Shown: one piece after another, positions 27,450-37,688 of the stretch | Numbering within the stretch: the stretch's first letter is position 1 | How the letters are laid out: every line of letters begins with the position of its first letter | Source: Synergistaceae bacterium | GTDB lineage: Bacteria > Synergistota > Synergistia > Synergistales > Aminobacteriaceae | Length of the DNA: 64,000 nucleotides | Assembly: GCA_017446055.1 (NCBI GenBank) | Contig: JAFSRQ010000079.1 | Location: 13,881-77,880 of the forward strand | Direction of reading: 5' to 3' | Program-made: the position numbers and the translations under genes | The notes under the pieces: model-generated | Database searches by the model: none | What the model was told of the DNA's origin: nothing | What the model saw: only the letters and a program-made list of their open reading frames with translations

Positions 27450-30400
27450 TTACGCCGCCCCCGTGTGAACAGCAAATGTATCCTGAGACATAATCCGGGA
27501 CAATGCATCATTGAGCTTCCCCCCGTCAGCATTAGCCCCAAGAAGCACCCGGTACACCTCGCCATTGCCTGACAGTTGCAGTATGAGCCGTGAAGCCCCT
27601 CTGCCTGACTGTAAGGCCGACGCAAAACGCTTCATGCCTACACCCCGCAAAGCCTCAGCGTCAACAGCAAGAGTGATATACCGCCGCGATTTAGCGTCAA
27701 GCTCGGAGGACATAGTGATTTTGTCGGGGATGAACTGATTGCGGTCGTCAGTCCTGCCCTCAATGATACATGCCTGGCCGGGTGTTACCGTAGCCTTCAG
27801 AGCCTCCCACGTCTTGGGGAACAATATCACGTCAACGCTGGCTTCTGTGTCCTCAAGCTGTAACGTACACATGACATCACCCTTCTTAGTGGTCTTCTCC
27901 TTGAGGGACGCGATAATTCCCGCAATGCAGGGCTTGACACTATCACTGCTCCAAGTGGATATTCCCGCAATAGTACAGTTAGTGTAGGGCGATAATTGGG
28001 ACTGGTACGATTCGTACGGATGACCTGAGATATACAGCCCCGTAACACTCTTCTCGTAATCCAGCTTAGTGTGAGCGTCAAAATCCGGCACCTGCGGCAT
28101 GTCTGGTTCTGCTGTAACCGCGCCGTCATCACCGAATAATCCCAACTGGCCGGATGACTTCTGAGCGTTCACGTTCTGCACCGCCTCAAGGTATTTGGGA
28201 AGCACGTTCAACAGCATAGCCCTGTTATTGTTGATTTCGTCAAACGCGCCGGCCTTTATGAGGTTCTCGAAGACCGTCTTGTTCATCAGGCTCATATCAA
28301 CGCGCGTCATGAAGTCCCACAATGACCTGAAAGAGCCGCCCGCATTACGCCGCGATATAATCATGTTGACCGTGTTATGACCCATGCGTGCCACCGCACC
28401 CAGTCCGAAGCGTATAACATCCCCCACAGGAGTGAAATTCTCCATCGATGAATTGATGTCAGGAGGCAGTACCTTTATCCCGCTGTGCCTGACTTCCAGC
28501 ACATAATGACCGAGTACATCACGCTTGGCTTTCATCTGGCTGGTGAGATATGATGCCATGAACTCGGAGGGGTAATGAGCCTTGAGATATGCCGTGTCGT
28601 ATGAGATTAACGCATAGGCCGCGCTGTGGGACTTGTTGAAGCCGTAGCCCGCGAACTTCTCGATGTTGTCGAATATAGCTGATGCTGTCTCAGGCTTAAT
28701 GTCATGATGCTTCGCGCCCTCCATGAACTTGCCGCGCTGTTCCTGCATGACTTCAGCCTTCTTCTTGCCCATAGCCCGCCGTAACAGATCTGCCTCACCT
28801 AACGTATAGCCTGCCAGAACCGAAGCGCACTGCATGACCTGTTCCTGATAGAGTATAACGCCGTAAGTCTGGGACAATACAGGCTCCAGCAGCGGATGAG
28901 GGTAGATCGGCTTGGAGCGTCCGTGCTTGCAGTCAATATACTGGTCGACCATGCCACTATCCAGCGGTCCGGGACGGTACATAGCCAGAGCCGCAATCAA
29001 GTCCTCGAAGCAGTCAGCCCTGAGTTTGCGCAGCATTGCCCTTATGCCGTCCGATTCAAGCTGGAACACGCCCATAGTATCAGCGTCAGCAATAAGCCTG
29101 AAGGTGTCAGCATCATTAAGCTCATCGTTGACTTTGGCCATGTCCGGGACAGTCTTGCCGTTGTTCCTGATGTTGGCTAAAGCCTCCTCTATGATGGAGA
29201 GTGTAGACAGTCCGAGAAAGTCCATCTTAACCAGACCAAGCTCTTCAACCTCGCCCATAGTGAACTGAGTAACAACCTGCCCAGTATCACCTTCACCGAG
29301 ACGCTTGACCGGGACTATGTCTGTTACTGGTACAGGGGTAATGACGACACCGGCGGCGTGCTGTGAACAGTGTCGTGCTAATCCCTCGATGTTCTTTGCC
29401 TTGTCGATGATGTTGCGCTTTGTGGGGTCTGAGTCGTAAGCCTCTTTCAGCTCTGGGGTGTCCTCTATGGCTTGGGATAAGCTCTTGCACATGGCCGGGA
29501 TGAGCTTGGCGGTCTTGTCCATGATGGAATAGTCCATGCCTAAAGCGCGTCCTACATCTTTAACCGACTGCCTGCCCTTCATGCGTCCGAACGTGATAAT
29601 CTGCGCGACATGGTCAGAGCCGTAACGGTCAGAAATATACCGTAGCAACTCCTCACGTCCTTTGTCGGAAACGTCAGTATCAATATCAGGCATGGAGATA
29701 CGCTCCGGGTTAAGGAAACGCTCGAACAGCAAATCATAGCGGAGGGGGTCAAGCTCTGTGATATTGAGCGACCATGCAACGACACTTCCCGCCGCCGAGC
29801 CTCTGCCGGGACCGATAGGGATATTGCGTGATTTAGCGGCCTGAATTATTCCTGAGACTATGAGAAAGTACGAGCTGAAGCCCATTTGCGTAATCACGCC
29901 TAACTCACGCTCCAGTCTGTCGGAATACTCCTGCGGAATGTCAGTGCCTCTCACGGAAAATCTCGCCTTCAGTCCCTCATGAGCGAGCCTGCGCAAATCA
30001 TCATCAGGGTTGCCTCCTCCTGTTTCAGGCAGAAGGTACTTGCGTTCATCGGGAATGAGTTTGACGTTACAGCGTTCGGCGATTGCTGCGGTGTTGGTGA
30101 GGGCATCGGGTGCAATGTCGGCGAAGTGGGAATACATTTCCTCCGGGGACATGAGGTAGAACTCGTTGCGGTCGAAGCCGAATGCGTCATCTGTAGGGTC
30201 AGCGTGAGTGTTAATGCGTAACAATATCTTGTGCCAGTCGTAATCATCGCGGTTGAGGTAATGCGAGTCGCAGGTGGCGATTAGGGGAATACCAGTCTTG
30301 CGTGAGATGTCTATAACGGCCTCGTTGACCTTCTTCTGCTGGGGCAAGGAGTTGGGCATAATCTCAAGGTAGAAGTTATCATCACCCATGATAGTGCGGT

Positions 30401-30878
30401 ATTCTTCTGCGAGCTGAATTGCGCCTGTAATATTGTCAGCAAGTATCAACTGCGGAATTTCCCCGGCGAGGCAGGCGGAACTGGCGATGATGCCCTCGTG
30501 ATAATCCTGGAGAATTTTGCGGTCGATACGCGGCTTATAGTAGAAGCCTTGAGTGTTGGCTATGGAGATTAGCTTCATGAGGTTGTGCCAGCCAGTGATA
30601 TTTTCTGCAAGGAGGATTAGGTGATTAGCACGTTTGTTTGACTTGTCGCCAATGCCGGAAGATGATACATAGGTCTCACAGCCTAGAATAGGTTTGACCC
30701 CTTGAGCGAGGCAGTTCTTGTAGAACTCAACCGCTCCGTACAGAACGCCGTGGTCAGTAATAGCGGCGGCTTTAGTGTCCCACTGTGCTACTTTCTTGGC
30801 GTAATCTTTCGTGCGTATTGCACCGTCAAGCAGGCTGTATTCGGTGTGAACGTGAAGGTGAACAAAGTCGTAACTCAT
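27450..30878 (-). CDS. dnaE: DNA polymerase III alpha subunit
   Basis: PHP domain start FVHLHVHTEYSLLDG and full-length DnaE architecture (1142 aa). Confidence 0.97.
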   Translation of the reverse strand: MSYDFVHLHVHTEYSLLDGAIRTKDYAKKVAQWDTKAAAITDHGVLYGAVEFYKNCLAQGVKPILGCETYVSSSGIGDKSNKRANHLILLAENITGWHNLMKLISIANTQGFYYKPRIDRKILQDYHEGIIASSACLAGEIPQLILADNITGAIQLAEEYRTIMGDDNFYLEIMPNSLPQQKKVNEAVIDISRKTGIPLIATCDSHYLNRDDYDWHKILLRINTHADPTDDAFGFDRNEFYLMSPEEMYSHFADIAPDALTNTAAIAERCNVKLIPDERKYLLPETGGGNPDDDLRRLAHEGLKARFSVRGTDIPQEYSDRLERELGVITQMGFSSYFLIVSGIIQAAKSRNIPIGPGRGSAAGSVVAWSLNITELDPLRYDLLFERFLNPERISMPDIDTDVSDKGREELLRYISDRYGSDHVAQIITFGRMKGRQSVKDVGRALGMDYSIMDKTAKLIPAMCKSLSQAIEDTPELKEAYDSDPTKRNIIDKAKNIEGLARHCSQHAAGVVITPVPVTDIVPVKRLGEGDTGQVVTQFTMGEVEELGLVKMDFLGLSTLSIIEEALANIRNNGKTVPDMAKVNDELNDADTFRLIADADTMGVFQLESDGIRAMLRKLRADCFEDLIAALAMYRPGPLDSGMVDQYIDCKHGRSKPIYPHPLLEPVLSQTYGVILYQEQVMQCASVLAGYTLGEADLLRRAMGKKKAEVMQEQRGKFMEGAKHHDIKPETASAIFDNIEKFAGYGFNKSHSAAYALISYDTAYLKAHYPSEFMASYLTSQMKAKRDVLGHYVLEVRHSGIKVLPPDINSSMENFTPVGDVIRFGLGAVARMGHNTVNMIISRRNAGGSFRSLWDFMTRVDMSLMNKTVFENLIKAGAFDEINNNRAMLLNVLPKYLEAVQNVNAQKSSGQLGLFGDDGAVTAEPDMPQVPDFDAHTKLDYEKSVTGLYISGHPYESYQSQLSPYTNCTIAGISTWSSDSVKPCIAGIIASLKEKTTKKGDVMCTLQLEDTEASVDVILFPKTWEALKATVTPGQACIIEGRTDDRNQFIPDKITMSSELDAKSRRYITLAVDAEALRGVGMKRFASALQSGRGASRLILQLSGNGEVYRVLLGANADGGKLNDALSRIMSQDTFAVHTGAA

Positions 30879-32476
30879 TCGTCAGTCTCTCCTTCCAGAG
30901 TATCGGTGTCAGTATCCTCGCTGTCTGTCTGTATGTGCTGTATGATTTCGGGCTTAAGTCCATAGGAAGCCAGTCCGCGCAATATCTCCCCTATTGATGA
31001 TGACGGCTTGTCTGTTTCTGCTGACGGCTGGGTGATTTCTGGGGCTGTTACCGTGATTTCCGGGACTGTTACTGGGACTGCTGGAGCTTGGTGCTTACGC
31101 GGGCATATATATTCCTCGTCCCTGTAACGCAGTATTACGCTGGAATACTCGCTGAATGCGGATGATATTTCCGGGGACAACTGCTCGTTCTTCATGACGC
31201 TGTAGCAGTAACGGTGAGCCACATCAAGCACGAGGTCATTTCCTCTGACGGACGGATTGACATCAAGCATGGCGCACCACATCAAGAAGCTGCGTTCATG
31301 CATTCGGGACAGCAAATCATCCTTCAGGTTTGTTACTGTGCTGCTGACAGGTGAAGTGTGTGTTGCGTTGTTGACTGGTGAAGTGTGTGCTACTGTGCTG
31401 TTGACTGGTGAAGGCTCTGCGTCAATCATGAACATACCCAGTAGAATATCCGGCTTCATTCCCGTTCTGGCCTGAGTAAGTATTCGCAGAGTTAATCGCA
31501 TGAGGCGGTGAATGTCATGTATCTTCCAGTGTTTTACTTCATCAGCGAGGAACATCTTTTCCGGCTCTGACAGGTTGAGAGCGTCAGCCGCATTCCCCCA
31601 ATTAGCCGCAATCAGCATATCGCGTAACAGCGTGAACATTTCCTCGAACACTCTTACAGGAGAAGCCCCGTCAAGCATATTCCGCAAGGTCATGAAAGCC
31701 TGTCCTCTGTCATTCCTGAACGCGACAATCCATCGCTCGAAAGCCGGACGACTTCCCGCGCCTAATATGGCCTCAACGTTAGCGAGAGTAACATTGCCCG
31801 AAGCTGATACCTGCTCCAGCAGCGATAATGCGTCCCTCAATGCGCCGTCAGCCTGCCGTGAGACCTCGCGCAGTGCATCAGGCTCAAACGCAATGCCTTC
31901 CTGGTTGCAGACGTACTCAAGCCTTGTGAATATGTCAGCGGGAGTAATGCTTCTGAAGGGAATATGCTGGCATCGTGAGCGGATAGTAACGGGTACTTTG
32001 TGAGGCTCAGTAGTGGCCATGATGAAAATGACGTGTTCGGGAGGCTCTTCCAGTGTCTTGAGGAGGGCGTTGAATGCTCCCTGTGATAACATGTGAACCT
32101 CATCGATGATGTAAATCTTGTATCGTGAGTTGAATGGGGATAATGTAACGTTCTCCTTGAGGCCGCGAATGTTGTCGACCCCGTTGTTAGATGCACCGTC
32201 AATCTCTATCACATCGAGGCTTTCACCGGCGGTAATCTCTGTGCAGTTCCGGCAAGTTCCGCAAGGCTCGAAGTTATCACGGCTGGTACAGTTGAGGGCT
32301 TTGGCGAAAATTCTTGCCGCTGAGGTTTTCCCGCACCCCCTTGACCCTGAGAACAGGTAAGCATGTCCGACCCTGTTGCGCGATATGGAGTTGGTGAGTA
32401 CGGCAACGGCTGAGACCTGGCCGATAACGTCCGCGAAAGTCTGAGGGCGGTATTTCCTGTACAGTGATACGCTCAT
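30875..32476 (-). CDS. dnaX: DNA polymerase III gamma/tau subunit
   Basis: YRKYRPQTFADVIGQ, Walker A GSRGCGKTS, zinc module CGTCRNC, IIDEVHMLS. Confidence 0.92.
   Translation of the reverse strand: MSVSLYRKYRPQTFADVIGQVSAVAVLTNSISRNRVGHAYLFSGSRGCGKTSAARIFAKALNCTSRDNFEPCGTCRNCTEITAGESLDVIEIDGASNNGVDNIRGLKENVTLSPFNSRYKIYIIDEVHMLSQGAFNALLKTLEEPPEHVIFIMATTEPHKVPVTIRSRCQHIPFRSITPADIFTRLEYVCNQEGIAFEPDALREVSRQADGALRDALSLLEQVSASGNVTLANVEAILGAGSRPAFERWIVAFRNDRGQAFMTLRNMLDGASPVRVFEEMFTLLRDMLIAANWGNAADALNLSEPEKMFLADEVKHWKIHDIHRLMRLTLRILTQARTGMKPDILLGMFMIDAEPSPVNSTVAHTSPVNNATHTSPVSSTVTNLKDDLLSRMHERSFLMWCAMLDVNPSVRGNDLVLDVAHRYCYSVMKNEQLSPEISSAFSEYSSVILRYRDEEYICPRKHQAPAVPVTVPEITVTAPEITQPSAETDKPSSSIGEILRGLASYGLKPEIIQHIQTDSEDTDTDTLEGETDE
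31332..31418. repeat. three imperfect 27-30-nt in-frame repeats in the dnaX linker
   Basis: Encodes PSPVNSTVAHTSPVNNATHTSPVSSTVTN. Confidence 0.6.
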
Positions 32477-32553
32477 GATGAAGTCCTCCCGTGAAATATG
32501 CAGATAAGTTTATCACGTCAATGTGCTAGAATTTCACCAATCACACAGAGAGG

Positions 32554-32982
32554 ATGAATATATATATGCCAATGCAGATAGGACTGGATGAACTGCTGGG
32601 TATGTTAGTCTCACGGGTGGAAGACTTAGCCGTTGACAGCGAGAACCAGAAATCGCGCTTCAACGTAATGTTCCGAATGTTATACCGCAAGGGACTGTTC
32701 AGCGACAAGGACGCGCTCGAAGCAATCCGTGAGGAGAACAAGATACTGCTTGAGCTGGGCCTCATTAAGTCGATGCCGGACGACAAGACCCTGAAGGCCG
32801 CCGCGGATAATCTCATGCTGTGGATTAAGGGTGATACAGGCGAGATAAAGCGTTCAATCGAGGAGTTGCAGAAGCGCATCAAGGAGGCCGAGCAGAAGAG
32901 CAGTCAGCCGAAGATAGAGACAGCTCCGGCCGGAGTGCTGAACGAGTTAGACAGAATGGGCGGGAAGAAGTTAATCCTGTAA
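32554..32982 (+). CDS. hypothetical protein (helical, C-terminal coiled-coil-like)
   Basis: Clean 142-aa ORF divergent from dnaX and abutting the next gene. No family recognised. The start may be ATG 32566 or 32572. Confidence 0.5.
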   Translation: MNIYMPMQIGLDELLGMLVSRVEDLAVDSENQKSRFNVMFRMLYRKGLFSDKDALEAIREENKILLELGLIKSMPDDKTLKAAADNLMLWIKGDTGEIKRSIEELQKRIKEAEQKSSQPKIETAPAGVLNELDRMGGKKLIL

Positions 32983-32984
32983 CG

Positions 32985-34811
32985 ATGAGGCAGTATCTGC
33001 GTGTAATCCTTCAGCGCAAAGGTGTAATAGCTTTTGCTGACTATGTCCTGTTAGCGTTTGCTGTTTACTTGGGCTATGCTCTGAGGCTGGGAATAATCAT
33101 CCCCCGTTACGTGAACGACTGGCTGTATGTGATGGGACTGCTGCCTGCGTTCTGCGTTACAGGCTTCATGCTGTCGGGGCAGTACATCACGATATGGCCT
33201 CATGCAGGGCCGGAAGATTACGTGCGCTTCATGTGGACATACACAGTAAGTTTCTTCTCGTTCCTTGTGGTGAATGCATTGCTGAAGATAGCTGTGTTCC
33301 CTAAAACGTCATTCGCCGTAACATTCTTCGCAGGATTATTCCTGACTGGGGGCTTCCGAACGTCCTGGCTGATGATGAAGTCGATACATTTCACGCACAA
33401 GTCGCAGAAATTAGCGGCTCTCATAGTGGGAGCTGGTGAGGCTGGCGCGTCATTGGCACGGGAACTTCTGCATAATGACACGGAATTATACCCGGCAGGT
33501 TTTGTTGACGATGACGAGAGGAAATCAGGCCGTCAGGTTTCAGGCGTTAGGGTATTGGGTACAACGGCCGACTTGCAGGACATAGTTGCGCGCGGAAACA
33601 TTCAGGTAGTCCTCATAGCTATACCGTCAGTGTCAGGCACGAAGCGGAGGCAGATATACGACATACTAGCCCCTCTTGGCGTAAAGGTAAGGACACTGCC
33701 AAGCCTGCGTGAATTAGCCGGGGGGAAAATATCAGTCTCAGGATTACGGCGGATTAAGCTGGAAGACCTCTTAGGCCGTGAGCCAGTCAGGATCGACATA
33801 GAAGCCTCGATGAATTACGTGAAGGGCAAGAGAGTGCTGATTACGGGCGCGGGAGGGTCAATAGGCAGTGAGATAGTCAGGCAGGTAATCCACAACAGTC
33901 CTGCGGAAATAATAGCATTGGGACATGGTGAGCAGTCTATATATTTGCTGACTGAGGAAATTTCCCGCATGAACGTGAATATCCCTGTACACCCGGTAAT
34001 AGCAGACGTAGCCGACAATGTAGCCGCAGAATACATCTTCAGTCAACACAAGCCGCAGGTAATCTTCCACGCCGCCGCGCACAAGCATGTTCCCCTGATG
34101 GAATATTCCCCTAGGGAGGCAATGAGGGTCAACGATTTGGGTACGAGGACAATAGCCCGGTGTGCCGGAATGTTTCACGCCGAGCGTATGGTGATGATTT
34201 CGACCGATAAGGCGGTGAACCCATCAAGCATAATGGGAGCGACAAAGAGGCTGGCGGAGAAGATACTAGAGCATGAGCAGGGCAATTACCCGGAGACAAA
34301 GTATATGGCTGTGCGTTTCGGTAATGTCTTAGGCAGTCGCGGAAGTGTAATCCCCAAGTTTGAGGAACAGATAGCCTCAGGAGGCCCGGTAACAGTAACA
34401 CACCCTGACATGAAGCGTTACTTTATGCTGATACCTGAAGCGGTCAGTCTGGTGATACAGGCGGGGGCATTGGGACACGGCGGGGAACTGTTTGTGCTGG
34501 ACATGGGCGAGCCTGTACTGATACGGGAGATGGCAGAGTTATTGATACGTTTGTGCGGTTATGAGCCGGGGAAGGATATACAGATAACGTACACTGGTAT
34601 AAGGCCGGGTGAAAAGCTCTATGAGGAGTTATTCTACGATGAGAACAGTGTAAACAGCACTCTTCACCCGAAAATCTACGTCAGCAAAATCAAGTCCGGC
34701 AATCCCACAAGCAATGAAGATATTGATACCGGGCTGGAATATGCCTTGCGTTATCCCGATGATGCGTTGACGGTCCTGAAGAGGTTAGTCCCTGAGTTCA
34801 CGCACGAATGA
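32985..34811 (+). CDS. membrane-anchored polysaccharide biosynthesis dehydratase, CapD/PglF/WbpM family
   Basis: Four N-terminal TM helices, LIVGAGEAG and VLITGAGGSIGSE Rossmann motifs, and a GSVIPKF segment. Confidence 0.85.
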   Translation: MRQYLRVILQRKGVIAFADYVLLAFAVYLGYALRLGIIIPRYVNDWLYVMGLLPAFCVTGFMLSGQYITIWPHAGPEDYVRFMWTYTVSFFSFLVVNALLKIAVFPKTSFAVTFFAGLFLTGGFRTSWLMMKSIHFTHKSQKLAALIVGAGEAGASLARELLHNDTELYPAGFVDDDERKSGRQVSGVRVLGTTADLQDIVARGNIQVVLIAIPSVSGTKRRQIYDILAPLGVKVRTLPSLRELAGGKISVSGLRRIKLEDLLGREPVRIDIEASMNYVKGKRVLITGAGGSIGSEIVRQVIHNSPAEIIALGHGEQSIYLLTEEISRMNVNIPVHPVIADVADNVAAEYIFSQHKPQVIFHAAAHKHVPLMEYSPREAMRVNDLGTRTIARCAGMFHAERMVMISTDKAVNPSSIMGATKRLAEKILEHEQGNYPETKYMAVRFGNVLGSRGSVIPKFEEQIASGGPVTVTHPDMKRYFMLIPEAVSLVIQAGALGHGGELFVLDMGEPVLIREMAELLIRLCGYEPGKDIQITYTGIRPGEKLYEELFYDENSVNSTLHPKIYVSKIKSGNPTSNEDIDTGLEYALRYPDDALTVLKRLVPEFTHE

Positions 34812-34823
34812 CAGGGAGGCCGC

Positions 34824-36053
34824 TTAACGTTTGAGCCTCCTGTTGATTTCGTCAAATTCCGCCCTGAGATTGCCGCCCTCGAAAATCTTCAGCTCCGGCA
34901 TAGCCAGCTTCATCACCGCGTCAATAGTATTCAGCCCCGAATGTATCAGCCCGCGCAATTCCCCCGAACTTCTCACCGTCCTGTAAGTATTCTCCGCTAA
35001 GTCCCGGTTCAGTCTCAGAGACTTTATGCTGTCCATGAGGGATAATTTCTGAGCGTCAAGGAGCTGGCCGTACAGTTTCGCCGCCTGAATAGTTGCCGCG
35101 TTGGACTTTGCATTGAGGGCAAACGATTTCCTCTGTGATGACGTGTAAGCGCGGTTGTTGCTTCGGGATAATGCTTCCTTCCTGAGAGCTTCTGCCTCAG
35201 TGCGAATGTCTGACAGCTTGGGCTTGTAGTCGCCGTCCATCTTGCGCACTAACTCCTCCTGAGTGTGTATCAGTATGTCGTTGAGGACTAGGTACATTCC
35301 TGCGTAACGCTTGACGATTTCGGGATTGTTAGTGTCCTGCTGTGAGAGTTCCTCAAGTTTAGCTGTTACAGCTTTGACGTTCTCGAATATGACTGTGTTG
35401 TGAAGTATGTCCTCACCAGTAACGGAATTGATGAGAATATCGGCCTGTTCATCAGTGAGAGTGATGCCGAGTTTAGACAGCTCATCGGTAACTCTGGAAT
35501 TTACCGCTGTCAGTTCGTGTTCAATGCGTGAGATTTCGTGTTCAGCCTGAGAGATTTTAGCGTCAACTTTCGACTTGGTATCACGCCAGAAAAGATAAGT
35601 GCTTTCGGGGGCATTAATGCGGCTGTTCCTGAGGGTGTCAAGCTCCGAGCGCAAAGCCGTAAGCCTGGCTCTAAGTTTCACGGCCTCCGAACGGGCAGTG
35701 CCAGCGTTACCGTCCGACAGTATCACTAATGCCCGGTCTAAGAGGGCGTTAATCTTCGCGGAATTGCTGACCTTGTCCTCACCGAACCACGCCGAATTGG
35801 GCAGTGTCTCCTGCTTGTCGCGCAAGGTCAGGGCATCGTTGAGTGTGTCAGTGAGCTTGTCCCATTTCCCCGCGATATTTTCCGGCAATGTATCATCGGC
35901 GGCTTTCTGTGAGTCGTCAGCAAACCATCCTGACACGTATTGAGTTGTGTCGTTCCACATGCCTGACACGTAATCGCACACATCATCCCACATGCCCGCA
36001 CTAGCTGATGATGCCTGTAACAGTAATATGATGACGGCAATAGATTTCTTCAT
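34824..36053 (-). CDS. secreted coiled-coil protein, unknown function
   Basis: Signal peptide MKKSIAVIILLLQASSASA with an AGGAGGGA RBS. Long heptad-like helical sequence. No family recognised. Confidence 0.65.
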   Translation of the reverse strand: MKKSIAVIILLLQASSASAGMWDDVCDYVSGMWNDTTQYVSGWFADDSQKAADDTLPENIAGKWDKLTDTLNDALTLRDKQETLPNSAWFGEDKVSNSAKINALLDRALVILSDGNAGTARSEAVKLRARLTALRSELDTLRNSRINAPESTYLFWRDTKSKVDAKISQAEHEISRIEHELTAVNSRVTDELSKLGITLTDEQADILINSVTGEDILHNTVIFENVKAVTAKLEELSQQDTNNPEIVKRYAGMYLVLNDILIHTQEELVRKMDGDYKPKLSDIRTEAEALRKEALSRSNNRAYTSSQRKSFALNAKSNAATIQAAKLYGQLLDAQKLSLMDSIKSLRLNRDLAENTYRTVRSSGELRGLIHSGLNTIDAVMKLAMPELKIFEGGNLRAEFDEINRRLKR

Positions 36054-36084
36054 GGTAATCCCTCCTGATGATATTTTCGGTTAG

Positions 36085-36480
36085 ACTTCTACTCGTCAAC
36101 ACACACAAGGGTGAAACGTTCTGTGAGTCGTCAGCAAGCCCTCCTGACACGTAACGCCCGCACTAGTGATTAGACTTCCATTCGTCAACAGCACAAGGGT
36201 GAAACGTTCTGTGAGTCATCGGCAAGCCCTTCTGACACGTAACGCCCGCACTAGTGATTAGACTTCCATTCGTTAACACACAAGGGTGAAACGTTCTGTG
36301 AGTCATCGGCAAACCACCCTGACACGTAACGCCCGCACTAGTGATTAGACCGCCATTCGCCAACAGCACAAAGATGAAACGTTCTGTGAGTCGCCAGCAA
36401 GCCCTCCTGACACGTAACGCCCGCACTAGTGATTAGACCGTCATTCGCCAACACACACAAAGGTGAAACGTCTTCCGCAA
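36085..36480. repeat. ~88-nt imperfect tandem array (about 4.5 copies) upstream of the coiled-coil gene
   Basis: gtgaaacg anchor at 36111, 36199, 36286, 36373 and 36463. Each unit fuses upstream DNA with fragments of codons ~16-50 of the adjacent CDS. Confidence 0.85.
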
Positions 36481-36565
36481 CCCCTCCTTAAAGTGTTATG
36501 GTAATTAATCCCTGTGAAGTTTTTGTGTCATGCGCTATTATATCGGCATATCCTGAAATCAGAAG

Positions 36566-37684
36566 GTGAGTTTTTTGCGCGTAACAATTCTCACAAACGG
36601 ACCCGGCGAATTATGGGGCTGGGTACGCCCTGTGTGTTCCGAATTACGCAGGAGGGGGCATTCCATCTCACTGTGGCTATTGCCCTGCCCTTTCTCGTCC
36701 GGCCTGGAGCGTGAAGCCGCCTCCCTCTTAGGTGTCGACAAACTCGAAGGCCCTTCATCATTCTCCGTAACATGGCGCGAGATTGCCCGTGAGCATACTG
36801 ACACAATCATTCAGCTTGGCGGTGATGTCTCATTCGGCGCAAGAATGGCCGACTGTTCACACGTCCCCCTGACCGTATACAGCTACAGGCACAGCAGGGT
36901 CATACGGGGCGCGAAACTCCTAACAGCTTACCGCGAGCAGGCTACATTCACTCAGCAGCAGGTAACACCTATAGGCGACCTCGTGAAGGATGCCGTGAAG
37001 CTGGACATCACACCCTCAGCCGTAAATTCATGGGACTGGTACAGGGATGACGACAGCCCCCGCATATTGTTCCTCCCGGGAAGCCGCCCTAAGATACGTT
37101 CAGCCGTAATATCATGGCTGTGTGAACTCCGCGACAGCATCACCCGCCTCATACCCAACGCAAGAATACGCTCACTGTTCCCCCAGTTTATGCCCGAACA
37201 AGAGATGTCCTTGTGGCGCAAGGAGGGACTGAACCCGGTAAAGGCAGGAGCAGGCGCGGCCATGAGGGAGGCAGATTACGCCATAACCCAGCCCGGCACC
37301 AACAACTTCGAGATGATGCACTCAGGCTTGCCCGGTCTGGTGGTAGTCCCCGAAAAATTCCTCGCATATATCCCCGTCTCAGGAGTTGCCAGCTTCTTCA
37401 CCGGGCTTCCTCTTCTCGGAGGAATAATCCGGCGCAAGGCTCTCATGCATACGGTCAGCAAGTGGAACGGCTATATCTCCCTGCCCAACAGGACATTCCA
37501 GCGCGACATTCTCACGGAATTGTGGGGCAACATCACTCCAGTAACAATAGCGGAGAAAGTGAGAGCGGAAATTGCTGACAGGGATAAACTTTCAGCGTTA
37601 CGCAAGGAGCTTCTCGGGCTTTCTGGGACTGGGGGGGCTGCTTCAAGGCTTGTTGACATAGCAGCAGGCTCGGAGGAATTGTAG
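36566..37684 (+). CDS. lipid-A-disaccharide synthase-like glycosyltransferase (GT19/LpxB-like)
   Basis: LTNGPGE start, FLPGSRPKI, ADYAITQPGTNNFEMM..P.VVVP and YISLPNR..ILTEL match conserved LpxB blocks. Lies next to msbA/lpxK. Confidence 0.6.
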   Translation: MSFLRVTILTNGPGELWGWVRPVCSELRRRGHSISLWLLPCPFSSGLEREAASLLGVDKLEGPSSFSVTWREIAREHTDTIIQLGGDVSFGARMADCSHVPLTVYSYRHSRVIRGAKLLTAYREQATFTQQQVTPIGDLVKDAVKLDITPSAVNSWDWYRDDDSPRILFLPGSRPKIRSAVISWLCELRDSITRLIPNARIRSLFPQFMPEQEMSLWRKEGLNPVKAGAGAAMREADYAITQPGTNNFEMMHSGLPGLVVVPEKFLAYIPVSGVASFFTGLPLLGGIIRRKALMHTVSKWNGYISLPNRTFQRDILTELWGNITPVTIAEKVRAEIADRDKLSALRKELLGLSGTGGAASRLVDIAAGSEEL

Positions 37685-37688
37685 CTCA

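Noticed and set aside
27266-27625. Diversity-generating retroelement (template/variable repeat) as the explanation for the duplicated gene ends.
   Set aside because: Mismatches between the copies are of mixed type rather than adenine-specific, indels are common, and no reverse transcriptase gene is present in the window.
30875-32476. Programmed -1 frameshift in dnaX (gamma/tau).
   Set aside because: No A AAA AAG-type slippery heptamer with a downstream stem was seen in the coding strand.
36163-36426. Track ORFs reading through repeat arrays (36163..36426, 39635..39826, 39709..39945, 27177..27389, 27386..27625).
   Set aside because: Their periodic sequences are produced by translating the tandem repeats. 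They have no independent start context and no family signal.
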